Translations under genes and position numbers: made by a program
Notes under the pieces: generated by a model
What the model was told of the DNA's origin: nothing
The model's input: only the letters and a program-made list of their open reading frames with translations
Databases searched by the model: none
Assembly (NCBI GenBank): GCA_002898395.1
Contig: BEHE01000001.1
Location: 32,001 to 96,000 of the forward strand
Source: Candidatus Calditenuaceae archaeon HR02
Lineage (GTDB): Archaea; Thermoproteota; Nitrososphaeria_A; Caldarchaeales; Calditenuaceae
Direction of reading: 5' to 3'
DNA: 64,000 nucleotides
In this document: piece by piece, positions 46,775 to 56,580 of the stretch
Position numbering within the stretch: position 1 is the first letter of the stretch
Layout: every line of letters starts with the position of its first letter

Positions 46775-47751
46775 TGTTTCTCATCAGAGTAGAGCCAACA
46801 GGCAACTTCCACTCCACCACTAGTTCTGGTCAATGGCGGAGCCTTCTTCTTACAAATCTCCATAACGTAGGGACACCTATCTGCAAATTTGCAGCCGGGG
46901 AGGAGATACTCCTCAACCTCAGTTACCGCCACCCTAACCTTTCCAGCCCACTTTCTGTCTACCCTAGGTATCGAGTCGATCAGGAGCTGGGTGTAGGGGT
47001 GGAGCGGCTCTCTGAAGATGGCCTCAGCCTCCCCTATCTCGGCGAATGATCCCTTATACATCACCGCTATCCTGTCGCTAATGTAGTAGGCCGTGGCTAG
47101 GTCGTGCGTGATGTAGATGAAGTTTATCCCCAGGTCTTCCTTGAGCTGCTTGAATATGTTAAGAATCCCCATCCTTAGGGAGGCGTCAATCATTGAGACG
47201 GGTTCATCCGCCACAATTAGCTTCGGCCGTGGAATAATTGCTCTCGCTATTGATAGCCTCTGGACCTGGCCGCCGGAAAGCTCGTAGGGCGACCTATCCG
47301 CGATATCTGGTGAGAGGCGCACGGCCTCGAGGGCTTGGTTCACCCGCTCCACGGCCTCATACTTGTCCCTGACCCCCGCAACATTGACCGCGGTATGGAT
47401 TAGATATGGGTACACCTTCCTAAGGGGGTTGAAGCTCTCAAAGGGGTTCTGGAAAACAGGCTGAATAATCCTCGGCAGCCATCTACTCCTCTCCTTTGAA
47501 GAGAGCTCTAACACTCGCTTACCCAGAATTTCAATACTTCCAGAGGTCGGCTCTATGAGGTTCAGAATCATTCTAGCTAGCGTCGTCTTACCGCACCCGC
47601 TCTCGCCAACTATTGTAAATATACTTGCCGAGTCTCCTCCAAGCGTGAAGGATACGTCGTCAACTGCCCTGAACTTTTTCCCGAAAAATAGACCACCCGT
47701 CTTGAATATCTTTGTGAGATTCTCGACTTTAAGGATGCTGTTCTCACCCAT
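46771..47751 (-). CDS. ABC transporter ATPase (OppF/DppF)
   Basis: GESGCGKT, LSGGQ, ADEP, PLHPYT and C-terminal Cys cluster. Confidence 0.94.
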   Translation of the reverse strand: MGENSILKVENLTKIFKTGGLFFGKKFRAVDDVSFTLGGDSASIFTIVGESGCGKTTLARMILNLIEPTSGSIEILGKRVLELSSKERSRWLPRIIQPVFQNPFESFNPLRKVYPYLIHTAVNVAGVRDKYEAVERVNQALEAVRLSPDIADRSPYELSGGQVQRLSIARAIIPRPKLIVADEPVSMIDASLRMGILNIFKQLKEDLGINFIYITHDLATAYYISDRIAVMYKGSFAEIGEAEAIFREPLHPYTQLLIDSIPRVDRKWAGKVRVAVTEVEEYLLPGCKFADRCPYVMEICKKKAPPLTRTSGGVEVACWLYSDEKH

Positions 47752-48741
47752 CTACTTTTTTCCCTCCTCCAAGAGCCAGCAGGCCACCTCTCGGTCGCCA
47801 AACTTGAGGAGGGGCGGCTCCTCCCTTGAGCACTTCTCCATCCTGTAGGGGCATCGAGGATGGAACCTGCAACCGGGGGGTGGGTTGGCGAGGCTGGGTG
47901 GTAGACCTGAAAGCCCTTCAAGCCTTTTAGATCCACCTATGCGCGGCAGAGAATTGATAAGGCCCTCGGTGTATGGGTGGAGGGGTTCTTTAAACACGTC
48001 ATCAGTCTTACCAACCTCTATTATCTTCCCTGCATACATAAGAGCTATCCTATCTGTCACCTGGTAGTGAAGCCCCATGTCATGTGAGACAAGAATGAAT
48101 GAGGTCCCGTACATTTCTCTGATCTTCTGTATCATCTCTACAACTCCTCTCTGATAGACGACGTCAAGGGCAGAGGTTGGCTCATCGGCTAGCACTATGC
48201 TTGGGTTCATTATAGTTGCCAGTGCGATAACCGTCCTCTGACGCATGCCCCCGCTGAGCTGGTGGGGATAGGAGTTTAGGATGCTCTCGCGAAGACCAAG
48301 TTCTCGCAACCTATCCTTCACTTGCTGAAGAGCCTCCTCTTTCTTAACTCCCCCATACTTCTGGAAAATCTCGAGGAACTGGCCTCTTATCCTTGAAGTC
48401 GGATTAAGGACGGACATCGAGCCTTGAGGGATATAAGATATTACCTTAGCCCGCATCTCTCTCAGCTTGGCCTCGCTTAGGCTGTAGAGGTCGACCATCT
48501 CTCCGCTTGTCGCTTGAAGCCGCACAACCCCCGATAAAACTCTAAGGGGCGGAGTCACGTCCCTGTATATCGTCCTCATCAGGGTGGTTTTACCGCATCC
48601 AGACTCTCCGGCCAGTCCAACAATCTCACCCCTCCCAACAGTTAGATTAACATTATCCACCGCCCTCACCCTAATATCGTTTCCGAGCACATAGTGAGCT
48701 GTAACGCCCCTGCAATCCAGCACAAGATTGTTCACTGACAT
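47752..48741 (-). CDS. ABC transporter ATPase (OppD/DppD)
   Basis: GESGCGKT, YPHQLSGGMRQR, ADEPT and PPPGCRFHPRC. Confidence 0.94.
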   Translation of the reverse strand: MSVNNLVLDCRGVTAHYVLGNDIRVRAVDNVNLTVGRGEIVGLAGESGCGKTTLMRTIYRDVTPPLRVLSGVVRLQATSGEMVDLYSLSEAKLREMRAKVISYIPQGSMSVLNPTSRIRGQFLEIFQKYGGVKKEEALQQVKDRLRELGLRESILNSYPHQLSGGMRQRTVIALATIMNPSIVLADEPTSALDVVYQRGVVEMIQKIREMYGTSFILVSHDMGLHYQVTDRIALMYAGKIIEVGKTDDVFKEPLHPYTEGLINSLPRIGGSKRLEGLSGLPPSLANPPPGCRFHPRCPYRMEKCSREEPPLLKFGDREVACWLLEEGKK

Positions 48742-48751
48742 TCTGGGACTT

Positions 48752-49672
48752 TCACCCCCTCGCCTGCCACCTTAGACGTGGGTTAGAATAGTCTGAGATG
48801 CCTTTCGATATTAGGAAGAGGGAGACGAATACGAGTATTATCGTTATAACTGGTGAGATAAGCCACCACCAAAGACCCCTGAATAGGGCTGAGTAGTTAA
48901 GGGCCCAGTATATCATGACACCGAGCGTCGCCTCGCTAAGTATTGAGACACCTATGACCGCTAGCGCAGCCTCGCTTGATATGGCGAAGAGTACCGTGTT
49001 CGTCAGGTTTACTAGGTGCCAGGGGATGATGAAGGGTAGATAGTCTCTGAAGACGCGGCCCATCACTCCGTAGCCCGAGAAGATTGATGTCGCAATAAAG
49101 TCACGCTCCCGTAGTGAGAGGACCATCGCTCTCACCTGTCTAGACGGCCATGGCCATGAGAAGATGCTTATTATCAAGCCCATGAGGGGAATAGTCATTA
49201 CATCTCTCAATAAGACAGCAAGAAGAATTAGGGTGGGAAGCGAAGGTATAACCACGAAGGAGTCTGTCAAGATCATGAGCATTCTGTCGGCCAGCCCACC
49301 CCTCGCCCCTGCAAGCATACCGAGTATAAGTCCTATGTGAGAGGCGACCATCGCTGTTATTAGGCCGATAATGAGAGAGTTCTTAATGCTCCACGTCAGG
49401 AGCCAGAATACATCCTGCCCATTCGTGGTTGTGCCTAAGAGGAACTCGAGGCCCGGTGGCCTGTTAGGCGGCACCAGATACCAGCGCCGTGGGTCAAAGG
49501 GTGAGAAAGAGCTGACACCAACACCTAGCATAATCATTACGGCAAATATCACAAGCCCAACTCTGAAGGAGCGGCTGGCCCTGAAAACTTCAAGGAATAT
49601 GTTTGAGAACCTTGCGAGGCCTATCCCTAAAAATTTTAATGCGTCAACCCCAGTGCGAGGTATTAGGGTCAA
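48752..49672 (-). CDS. ABC transporter permease (OppC/DppC)
   Basis: LLGTTTNGQDVF, VRAMVLSLRERDF and WWW. Confidence 0.92.
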   Translation of the reverse strand: MTLIPRTGVDALKFLGIGLARFSNIFLEVFRASRSFRVGLVIFAVMIMLGVGVSSFSPFDPRRWYLVPPNRPPGLEFLLGTTTNGQDVFWLLTWSIKNSLIIGLITAMVASHIGLILGMLAGARGGLADRMLMILTDSFVVIPSLPTLILLAVLLRDVMTIPLMGLIISIFSWPWPSRQVRAMVLSLRERDFIATSIFSGYGVMGRVFRDYLPFIIPWHLVNLTNTVLFAISSEAALAVIGVSILSEATLGVMIYWALNYSALFRGLWWWLISPVITIILVFVSLFLISKGISDYSNPRLRWQARG

Positions 49673-49681
49673 CTCGCCGCC

Positions 49682-50689
49682 TCACCTATACCTTACAGTG
49701 GGGTCTATTAAGGGATATAGCAGGTCAAGGAGAAGCGTGGCAAGCGAAACGCCGAGGATAGAGAGTAGAGATATGCCCATTATCATGTTGTAGTCGTTGT
49801 TAATGATTGCTTGATATAATAGACGACCTAGGCCCGGATATGCGTAGACAACTTCGGTTAAGAGTGCGCCACTGAAGATTCCTCCGAGGGCTAGTCCCAA
49901 GGCGGTGGTTTGGGGCATGAGAATATTCCTGATCAGGTAGCGCTTCAGCACAACACCGTTAGGCAGCCCCTTTAGCTCGGCGTATCTTACAAAGTCTTCA
50001 GTCTTTTTCTGGCTTGTGAGTGTGAAGGAGGAGAGGAACCACCAGCCCAGCGTCCCCGGTATGATTATAGATATTGCCGGAAGCGCCGCGTGCTTTGCCA
50101 AGTTTAATACGAGGTCTAAGCTAAATCCCACACCCACAATAGTTATTCCACCACCCAGTGGGAAGATAGGTATCAGAAATGCGAATACGAACATTAGGAC
50201 TAGGGCGAGGATGAAGTAGGGTACTGGATAAAGGATGACTGCCATACCTGTTAGTACTTTCGAGAACCTCTTGTGGCTGAAGAAACTGGAGATCGTGCCG
50301 ATAATGTTTCCAAGCGTCCAAGAGATGAGCACAGAGAGTGTTAGCAGGCCGAGAGTCCAGGGGAGCGCGATGCTTATTAAAGTGGCAACGGGTGTTGGGA
50401 AGCTCATGATCGATGGTCCCAAGTCGAGTGTAAGTAGTCGACGCCAGACACCGATGTATTGCTCAACGGGGTTTCCCTTCAGGCCATATAGCTCGTATAA
50501 CGTCTGTCTAAGACTCTCTATCGCGGTTGGGTCGTAAAATTGTCCAATCGAGTAGATGAAGCCTATCTGTGCCTCAACAGGATTATAGGGTAGGAGCCTC
50601 GGTATCACGAAGACTACAGTTACACCTATTACAACGGTAAGGACAAAGGCCACAATCCTCGAAGCAATGAATATAAGCAGCTTGCTCAA
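49682..50689 (-). CDS. ABC transporter permease (OppB/DppB)
   Basis: EDFVRYAELKGL, GALLTEVVYAYPGLG and IDPTVRY. Confidence 0.92.
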   Translation of the reverse strand: MSKLLIFIASRIVAFVLTVVIGVTVVFVIPRLLPYNPVEAQIGFIYSIGQFYDPTAIESLRQTLYELYGLKGNPVEQYIGVWRRLLTLDLGPSIMSFPTPVATLISIALPWTLGLLTLSVLISWTLGNIIGTISSFFSHKRFSKVLTGMAVILYPVPYFILALVLMFVFAFLIPIFPLGGGITIVGVGFSLDLVLNLAKHAALPAISIIIPGTLGWWFLSSFTLTSQKKTEDFVRYAELKGLPNGVVLKRYLIRNILMPQTTALGLALGGIFSGALLTEVVYAYPGLGRLLYQAIINNDYNMIMGISLLSILGVSLATLLLDLLYPLIDPTVRYR

Positions 50690-50765
50690 GCGTCCCCGTT
50701 AATTTAAGGCTGATAACTTGAATATATATCTTACATAATAAATCAGAAAATAAAAAATCAGATGT

Positions 50766-52976
50766 TTATTGTGCTGGTCTTCTGCGACCTAGTGCTCTGC
50801 CTACAGCTATCCCGACGACGAGTAATACGATCCCTACAGCTGCAGCTACTCCAGACAGCGTCCCCCAGTCAATGGCCGTTACAGTCTGTGTCTGCACTTG
50901 TGTGACTACCTGTGTTCTTAGCTCGGTTACACGCTGTGTCACTGTCTCTCTTAGCGTGACGGTAGTCACGCCAGCAGCTGGCGGAGCACGACCCACCAGA
51001 CTCTCCCACTCGGCAGCGGTGGCAATTTTGACTAGGGGTGTGTTGGCAATTCTTAGTGGTTTCGGATCCATTATAGCATCCTTTGTCGGTGCTCTGCCTG
51101 TCGGCTTAACCTTAAGTATAACGAAGAGGTGCTGGCTCCACCAAGAGACTGGGTCCATGTAGTAGTTTTCTGGGAATGTTGGCCAGTTATCCCAAGCGTA
51201 GCCGTCTTGGAATGTGTAGAAGGGTGTTGGGAAGAAGCCGAGCCAGGGCAGGTCCCTAACCCAGATCTTCAACGCCTCCCTGTAGAGCTCGAAGGCTCTT
51301 GGAGAGCCTGGATCAGTCCTCTCAAGCTCATCCACTATCCTGTCAAGCTCCTGGATCGGGGCCTCGGCAGTGTTCCACCCAGTTCCATGACCGCCCTCAC
51401 CCTTCTTCTGGACCCAATACTTACTACTCCACCGGTTAAACCAGTTGGCGTATAGGTCAAGTATCTGGCTACAGCCAGGCCAGAAAGTGCCTACTTGGAA
51501 GTCGCCTATGCTGTATGAGGTTGAGAACGGCCCTGACTCCAATGGCGTCACCTTAACATCGATACCGAAAGCCCTCCACTGGTCAGCGACTAGGAATGCT
51601 ATTCTCTGGCTCTCCATCTCGAAGCCCGAGGTAGTCTTGATCTCTATCGTCCATGGCGTACCATCAGGCATTAGCCACTTACCGTCAGCGCCTCTCTTGA
51701 ATCCTTGGGCTGTTAGAAGCTGCTCGGCCTTGGCTAAATCTTGCTTCCAGAAGCCTAGTACAGGATACTTCTCGACCCACCATGCATTGTTCTCCCTAGC
51801 AATGTCGAGGACCAGTTCTGGGTCGTAGCCGTACTGTTTCAGGTAATCAAGTAGCGGAATATAGTATGTCTCAATGTCCGCTGCATGTGGTATGACTGGG
51901 AGGGCGGCTGGTGTTGGTGTGGACTTATCAATACCTACGAACGCCCGGTATATCGTTCTGTAATCTATTGCGTAGGCTAGAGCCCATCTTACCTCCCTCT
52001 TATCGAAAGGTGGAGTCTTTGTCTGGAAAGCGATACCCTTCACGCAGGGGTCAAGTGGCCATGCGAAGGGGGCGCTGGCCCTCCAACCCTTCAGATACGG
52101 GTTGTTCTTTATGACGAGCTCTGCCTGCTCAGGGAGCAAAGTCCTCAGAGCATCCAACTCGTGCTTAGTCATTGCCAGGGCCTTAGCCTCATCTGGACCA
52201 TGGTTGATGTAGAGGACATACTTTGCAGCCGGGACAACGCCGAAAACTTTTGAACCCCACCAGTTGTCAAACCTCTCCCAGAGGAACCAGTTTCCTGCCG
52301 GGTCTACAGCCCTTAGGTTATACGGCCCGGCACAAGTGGGAGGATTATTCTCAAACTTCTGCGGGTCCTTTCCCTCCCATATATGCTTTGGTAGAATTCC
52401 ACCAGCACCGTAAATTATCACCGCGTAGAAGTAGTGCCATCTCGGGTTCGGTGAGAGAAGCTCTATGAGAACGGTTAGCCTGTCTAAAGCCCTAGCGTCC
52501 TTTACTGATGCCTTCTCGTTTACGCCTATTGGAGCTGGCGCCTCTTTAAGATACTTTAGCGTGAACACGACGTCCTCTGCTGTCAAAGGTTTTCCGTCAT
52601 TCCAGTACACACCATCCCGTAGCTTCACGATTAGACTGGTGAAGTCTGGCGAGTAGATCGGCGGTTCAGCCGCGATCCACGGTATCAACATACTGTTTGA
52701 TGTATTGATGTACCATAGGAAGGCCTTGCACAGCTGCTGGTAGCCGCTCCCACCTGGAGCAATAGATGCAGGACCAACACCAGGCGAGGCTATTGGATTC
52801 CAGTTATTGGGGTTGGCATATGTTCCCCAGTGGTTTTCAATAACAAGGACGTCTCCTCGTGGGACGCCAGCTGGCAGTGGAAGCTGGCCATAGCTCACCG
52901 GCACAGCCGAGAGAGCTAGAGCAGCAACAAGCACCAGAGCGGCAGATATAGCTATGTAGGACTTTTTCCCGTTCAT
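50766..52976 (-). CDS. ABC substrate-binding protein, family 5 (probable oligosaccharide binding), with a Thr-rich linker and C-terminal TM anchor
   Basis: LRDGVYWNDGKPLTAEDVVFT; signal peptide from ATG 52976; T/V-rich linker followed by a TM helix; divergent from a GH1 gene. Confidence 0.9.
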   Translation of the reverse strand: MNGKKSYIAISAALVLVAALALSAVPVSYGQLPLPAGVPRGDVLVIENHWGTYANPNNWNPIASPGVGPASIAPGGSGYQQLCKAFLWYINTSNSMLIPWIAAEPPIYSPDFTSLIVKLRDGVYWNDGKPLTAEDVVFTLKYLKEAPAPIGVNEKASVKDARALDRLTVLIELLSPNPRWHYFYAVIIYGAGGILPKHIWEGKDPQKFENNPPTCAGPYNLRAVDPAGNWFLWERFDNWWGSKVFGVVPAAKYVLYINHGPDEAKALAMTKHELDALRTLLPEQAELVIKNNPYLKGWRASAPFAWPLDPCVKGIAFQTKTPPFDKREVRWALAYAIDYRTIYRAFVGIDKSTPTPAALPVIPHAADIETYYIPLLDYLKQYGYDPELVLDIARENNAWWVEKYPVLGFWKQDLAKAEQLLTAQGFKRGADGKWLMPDGTPWTIEIKTTSGFEMESQRIAFLVADQWRAFGIDVKVTPLESGPFSTSYSIGDFQVGTFWPGCSQILDLYANWFNRWSSKYWVQKKGEGGHGTGWNTAEAPIQELDRIVDELERTDPGSPRAFELYREALKIWVRDLPWLGFFPTPFYTFQDGYAWDNWPTFPENYYMDPVSWWSQHLFVILKVKPTGRAPTKDAIMDPKPLRIANTPLVKIATAAEWESLVGRAPPAAGVTTVTLRETVTQRVTELRTQVVTQVQTQTVTAIDWGTLSGVAAAVGIVLLVVGIAVGRALGRRRPAQ

Positions 52977-53089
52977 GCGTTTAGAATTAATGATTAGCGG
53001 CATATAAATCTTTCCGGATACGCCATAAATTTTACCACAATACAATCAGCCTAAGCTAACACTATATTATTTCATGCATATCTATAGCC

Positions 53090-53107
53090 ATAATTCTCAA
53101 GAATTAT
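53090..53107. promoter_or_regulatory. Putative operator: inverted repeat ATAATTCT-CA-AGAATTAT overlapping a TATA-like element upstream of the GH1 gene
   Basis: Perfect 8-bp inverted repeat in the divergent intergenic region. Confidence 0.45.
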
Positions 53108-53155
53108 TAATAAGCACCACACTCTAGAACTTTTGCGTGAGAAGGGTGCTCGTGT

Positions 53156-54664
53156 ATGCTAAGACGTGATTTCATGTGGGGTTTTTCCGAAGCAGGCTTC
53201 CAATTTGAGATGGGTTATAGTGATGCGGCGATAGATAGGGAGACGGACTGGTATGTCTGGGTTACAGACCCGTTTAACATCATGAATAGGGTCGTCAGCG
53301 GAGATAGGCCGGAGGATGGGCCAGGCTACTGGGACCTCTTCAAACAGGACCACCGGCTAATATCCGAGCTGGGAGCAAACACAATGAGAGTAGGGATAGA
53401 GTGGAGCAGAATCTTCCCGAAACCTACCCGCGAAGTCAAGGTTAAAACAACCATCGAGAATGGGATAGTGAAGGATGTCGAGATACCCGCAGAGGGTGAG
53501 AGAGAGCTTGAGAGTCTAGCCAGTATGAATGCCCTCAACCACTACCGCGAAATGATAAGAGACATGAAGGACAGAGGGTTCAAGGTCATAGTCAATCTAA
53601 ACCACTTCACCCTACCGATATGGGTTCACGACCCTCTGCGGGCAAGGTCTTCAGCCCTCCGTGAGGGGCCTCTTGGATGGGTTGATACTGCTAATGTCGT
53701 GGAGTTTGTGAAGTATGCACACTTTGTCGGCTCTAGGCTCTCTGACCTTGTCGACATGTGGAGCACCTTCAACGAGCCATACGTTGTTTCGGATATTGGC
53801 TATGGTCGCTACCCATCCGAGTATGCCTTTCCACCCGGATTCTTCAGTGTCGAGGGTCTAACCAAGGCGCGGCTTAATCTACTCATGGCACATGCCCGCG
53901 GATATGACGAGTTGAAAAAGGTCCTCGGGAAAAACTCGCAAGTAGGAATAATCTATGCGACCTCCGCCATCGAGCCATGCGATAAGGAGAGTGATGCCGA
54001 TAAGGGTGCTGCTGAAAAGATGAACCATTTCTCCAACCTCTGGTTCTTCGAGACACTAAGTAAGGGAGAACTAGACCGGTCGATGCTCGGCCTACAACCT
54101 CCAGAGAAGGTTCCAGAGCTTAAGGACAGGTTTGACTGGATAGGAGTGAATTATTACTCGCGATTAGTAGTAAGAGCCACGACATTACCAGGCCTACCTT
54201 TGCCCTGGACCATTGTTCCCGGGTATGGATTTGCCTGTGAGCCGTCCTCGTTCTCGCTGGCTGGGAGACCTACTTCAGAGTTCGGTTGGGAAATCTATCC
54301 TGAGGGGTTGAGGAACGTCTTACTAATGCTTCAGAGATATGGGAAGCCCATGATAGTAACTGAAAATGGCACGGCAGACAAGTATGACAGGATTAGGCCA
54401 CAGTTCCTGTTCGCTCATATCGCGGCGGTCGAAGACGCAGTTAAGAGTGGAGCGGATGTCAGAGGGTATCTTCACTGGAGCTACATAGACAACTTTGAGT
54501 GGGCACGCGGATTCGCTATGAAGTTCGGAGTTATTACTTACGACCCCTCAACCAAGAAGAGAAGGCCGCGGCCATCATATTACATTCTACGGGACATAAT
54601 ACAGCAAAATGGCTTGGACGAGAAGATGCGAAGTACTGCTGAGCTGCTCTATACCCCCCGCTGA
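53156..54664 (+). CDS. GH1 beta-glycosidase (archaeal LacS/BgaS type)
   Basis: GFQFEMG, EWSRIFP, TFNEP (acid/base), GVNYY, VTENG (nucleophile) and DNFEWARGF. Confidence 0.95.
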   Translation: MLRRDFMWGFSEAGFQFEMGYSDAAIDRETDWYVWVTDPFNIMNRVVSGDRPEDGPGYWDLFKQDHRLISELGANTMRVGIEWSRIFPKPTREVKVKTTIENGIVKDVEIPAEGERELESLASMNALNHYREMIRDMKDRGFKVIVNLNHFTLPIWVHDPLRARSSALREGPLGWVDTANVVEFVKYAHFVGSRLSDLVDMWSTFNEPYVVSDIGYGRYPSEYAFPPGFFSVEGLTKARLNLLMAHARGYDELKKVLGKNSQVGIIYATSAIEPCDKESDADKGAAEKMNHFSNLWFFETLSKGELDRSMLGLQPPEKVPELKDRFDWIGVNYYSRLVVRATTLPGLPLPWTIVPGYGFACEPSSFSLAGRPTSEFGWEIYPEGLRNVLLMLQRYGKPMIVTENGTADKYDRIRPQFLFAHIAAVEDAVKSGADVRGYLHWSYIDNFEWARGFAMKFGVITYDPSTKKRRPRPSYYILRDIIQQNGLDEKMRSTAELLYTPR

Positions 54665-54740
54665 CCAAGAATCACAACCCTATGTATTTTTGTGAGATCA
54701 TTATTTCCTAGGGGTTCCCTCTACGCTTCTCTTTGGCAAG

Positions 54741-55139
54741 CTATCTGTAGCTCTTTTGCTTGAAGCGTCGAGCGGACCGCCTATTGGGTTTTTTCGGCTC
54801 CGTCCTTCTCGGGTCGCCGACTAGCAAGTGTCTATCAAGTGATAAGATTTTCTCCCTTAGGGATGCGCTTGCTGCGGCCATTGCGCGCGCGATAGCCATA
54901 GCACAGGCCTCTGCCTGACCCATCACTCCGCCTCCCCTGACTTTTATCGAGAAGTCGTGTTTCTTGGCGAATTTCTCGTCAAGCCTCAGGGGGGCCAGTA
55001 TCTTTTCCCTAGCTAGGGAGTTGGGCAGGTGGTCTAGGACGATGCCGTTTATGAATATCCTCCCAGTTCCTGGCCTAAGAAGTAGCCTCGCCCTAGCCTC
55101 TTTCCTGAAGCCTGTGAATATTGTTTCGGTTTTGACCAT
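54741..55139 (-). CDS. rps9: 30S ribosomal protein uS9
   Basis: GGGVMGQAEA, LLVGDPRRTEPKK and QKSYR. Confidence 0.96.
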   Translation of the reverse strand: MVKTETIFTGFRKEARARLLLRPGTGRIFINGIVLDHLPNSLAREKILAPLRLDEKFAKKHDFSIKVRGGGVMGQAEACAMAIARAMAAASASLREKILSLDRHLLVGDPRRTEPKKPNRRSARRFKQKSYR

Positions 55140-55194
55140 TCCCTGCTAAGACGATTCTCTGAGCCCTAATTTATATAGCTTCGTCGTTTATGGT

Positions 55195-55620
55195 TTGTTG
55201 GCTGTGACTGAGTCGGGTTGGGATGAGCGTGTAGAGGCATGGTTCTCCAAACAGATCCGAAGCTTCCAAGACATTTTCCCCGCGCGGAGGGCTTCGATAA
55301 GGGAGCTCCTCAACCAGTCGAGGCCTTATGTGGAGACTAGAGGTGGGGGGCGCCACTACTTTTCCAGGCGAGATCTGGAGGCGGCCGCGTCGAAGCTGCC
55401 TGCTGAGCTCCTTGACGCACCTATTTTCCCAATAGTCTTCACTAGGGGCGAGGTTGAGGATTTATACATCGTGAGGGGTGCGGAGGCGGCTGATGCTTTT
55501 GCGAGGCTCTCGGACCTTAATGGTCTGGACAGCCTACCCACAGGCGAGTTCTACACGTATAAGTCGCTGGTTCTTCACTTCTTATCGAGATACCCCTCTC
55601 TGGGCATAATTGCTGGGTAG
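55195..55620 (+). CDS. DUF61/UPF0216-like protein
   Basis: P..R.S..ELL....P.V.TR.G..H.F...DLE pattern. Confidence 0.65.
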   Translation: MLAVTESGWDERVEAWFSKQIRSFQDIFPARRASIRELLNQSRPYVETRGGGRHYFSRRDLEAAASKLPAELLDAPIFPIVFTRGEVEDLYIVRGAEAADAFARLSDLNGLDSLPTGEFYTYKSLVLHFLSRYPSLGIIAG

Positions 55621-55638
55621 TGGGCTAAAGGCCATCCT

Positions 55639-56580
55639 TCAGCGGTAGTCCTCGTGCCTGACGATGTTGAGTGGCCTCTCGCCTCTAAGATATCTCACAA
55701 CATTCTCGACCGCTAGCCGTAGCATCTCTTCATAAGTCTCCCTCGAGCTGGCCGCCCCCGCTACCCATGGCGTGGAGAGGGTGTTGGGTAGCGAGTATAC
55801 GTCGGAGTCCTCGGATGGGCTTCGAATATTCCACCACACATCGTTCGCATAGATGAATGAGGGATTCTCCTTTAGGAATCTCACCAGGTCCTCCTTAACT
55901 ATTATAGGCGCTCTCCCCACGTTCACGAGTATGCCTTCGCGCTTCATGAGGCACAGCTTCTCATACGTGATGAGGCCGCGGGTATGCTTCGTAAGGGGCA
56001 GGGCTATTACGGCATAGTCGCAGCCCCTCAATGCGTCACTGATTCTGTCGGGCGGATAGAACTCGTCAACCGTCACACCACTCCTAAGAGACCTTCCGTA
56101 GCCCACAACATACATCTTGAACGCCTTAGCTATCTCTGCGACCCTGGAGCCTATCGCACCAAGCCCGAGAACGCAGATTCTCCGCCCGTGAAGCATCCTC
56201 GACTCGCCAACAACCTCAAAGTTGCCACTTCTAACCCGCTGGTCAAAGAAAGTGATACGTTTCGCGGCAGCTAACAGTAGTGCGAAAGCGTGTTCTGCGA
56301 CTGCGTCGGCATTTGACCCGACATTGCTTGCCACAGTCACGTCCGCAGGTATGTGGCTCCAGGGAAGGGAATCAACACCCGCGTAGACGCACTGTATGAA
56401 GCGAAGGTTGTTCATTGCATCGAGCTCCGCCCCTGTGATAGGGCCGCAGAGCAGAACGGTAATACGGCTGAGGTCTGCTGCGCCACCCAACTCTCCTGCT
56501 TCATACACCTCGGCTAACTCTTCAATCTCCCGTCTAAGCTCCGGCTTCAGCTTAACCGTACTATACACCACCTCTCCCAA
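55639..56580 (-). CDS. D-2-hydroxyacid dehydrogenase family protein
   Basis: AGVD, AVAEHA, GLGAIG, LPLTKHTRG, VNVGR, DVWW and TPWVAG. Confidence 0.9.
   Translation of the reverse strand: MGEVVYSTVKLKPELRREIEELAEVYEAGELGGAADLSRITVLLCGPITGAELDAMNNLRFIQCVYAGVDSLPWSHIPADVTVASNVGSNADAVAEHAFALLLAAAKRITFFDQRVRSGNFEVVGESRMLHGRRICVLGLGAIGSRVAEIAKAFKMYVVGYGRSLRSGVTVDEFYPPDRISDALRGCDYAVIALPLTKHTRGLITYEKLCLMKREGILVNVGRAPIIVKEDLVRFLKENPSFIYANDVWWNIRSPSEDSDVYSLPNTLSTPWVAGAASSRETYEEMLRLAVENVVRYLRGERPLNIVRHEDYR

Noticed and set aside
50870-50970. Low-complexity repeat-like tract
   Set aside because: Encodes the Thr/Val-rich linker of the substrate-binding protein; not a CRISPR array or DNA repeat.
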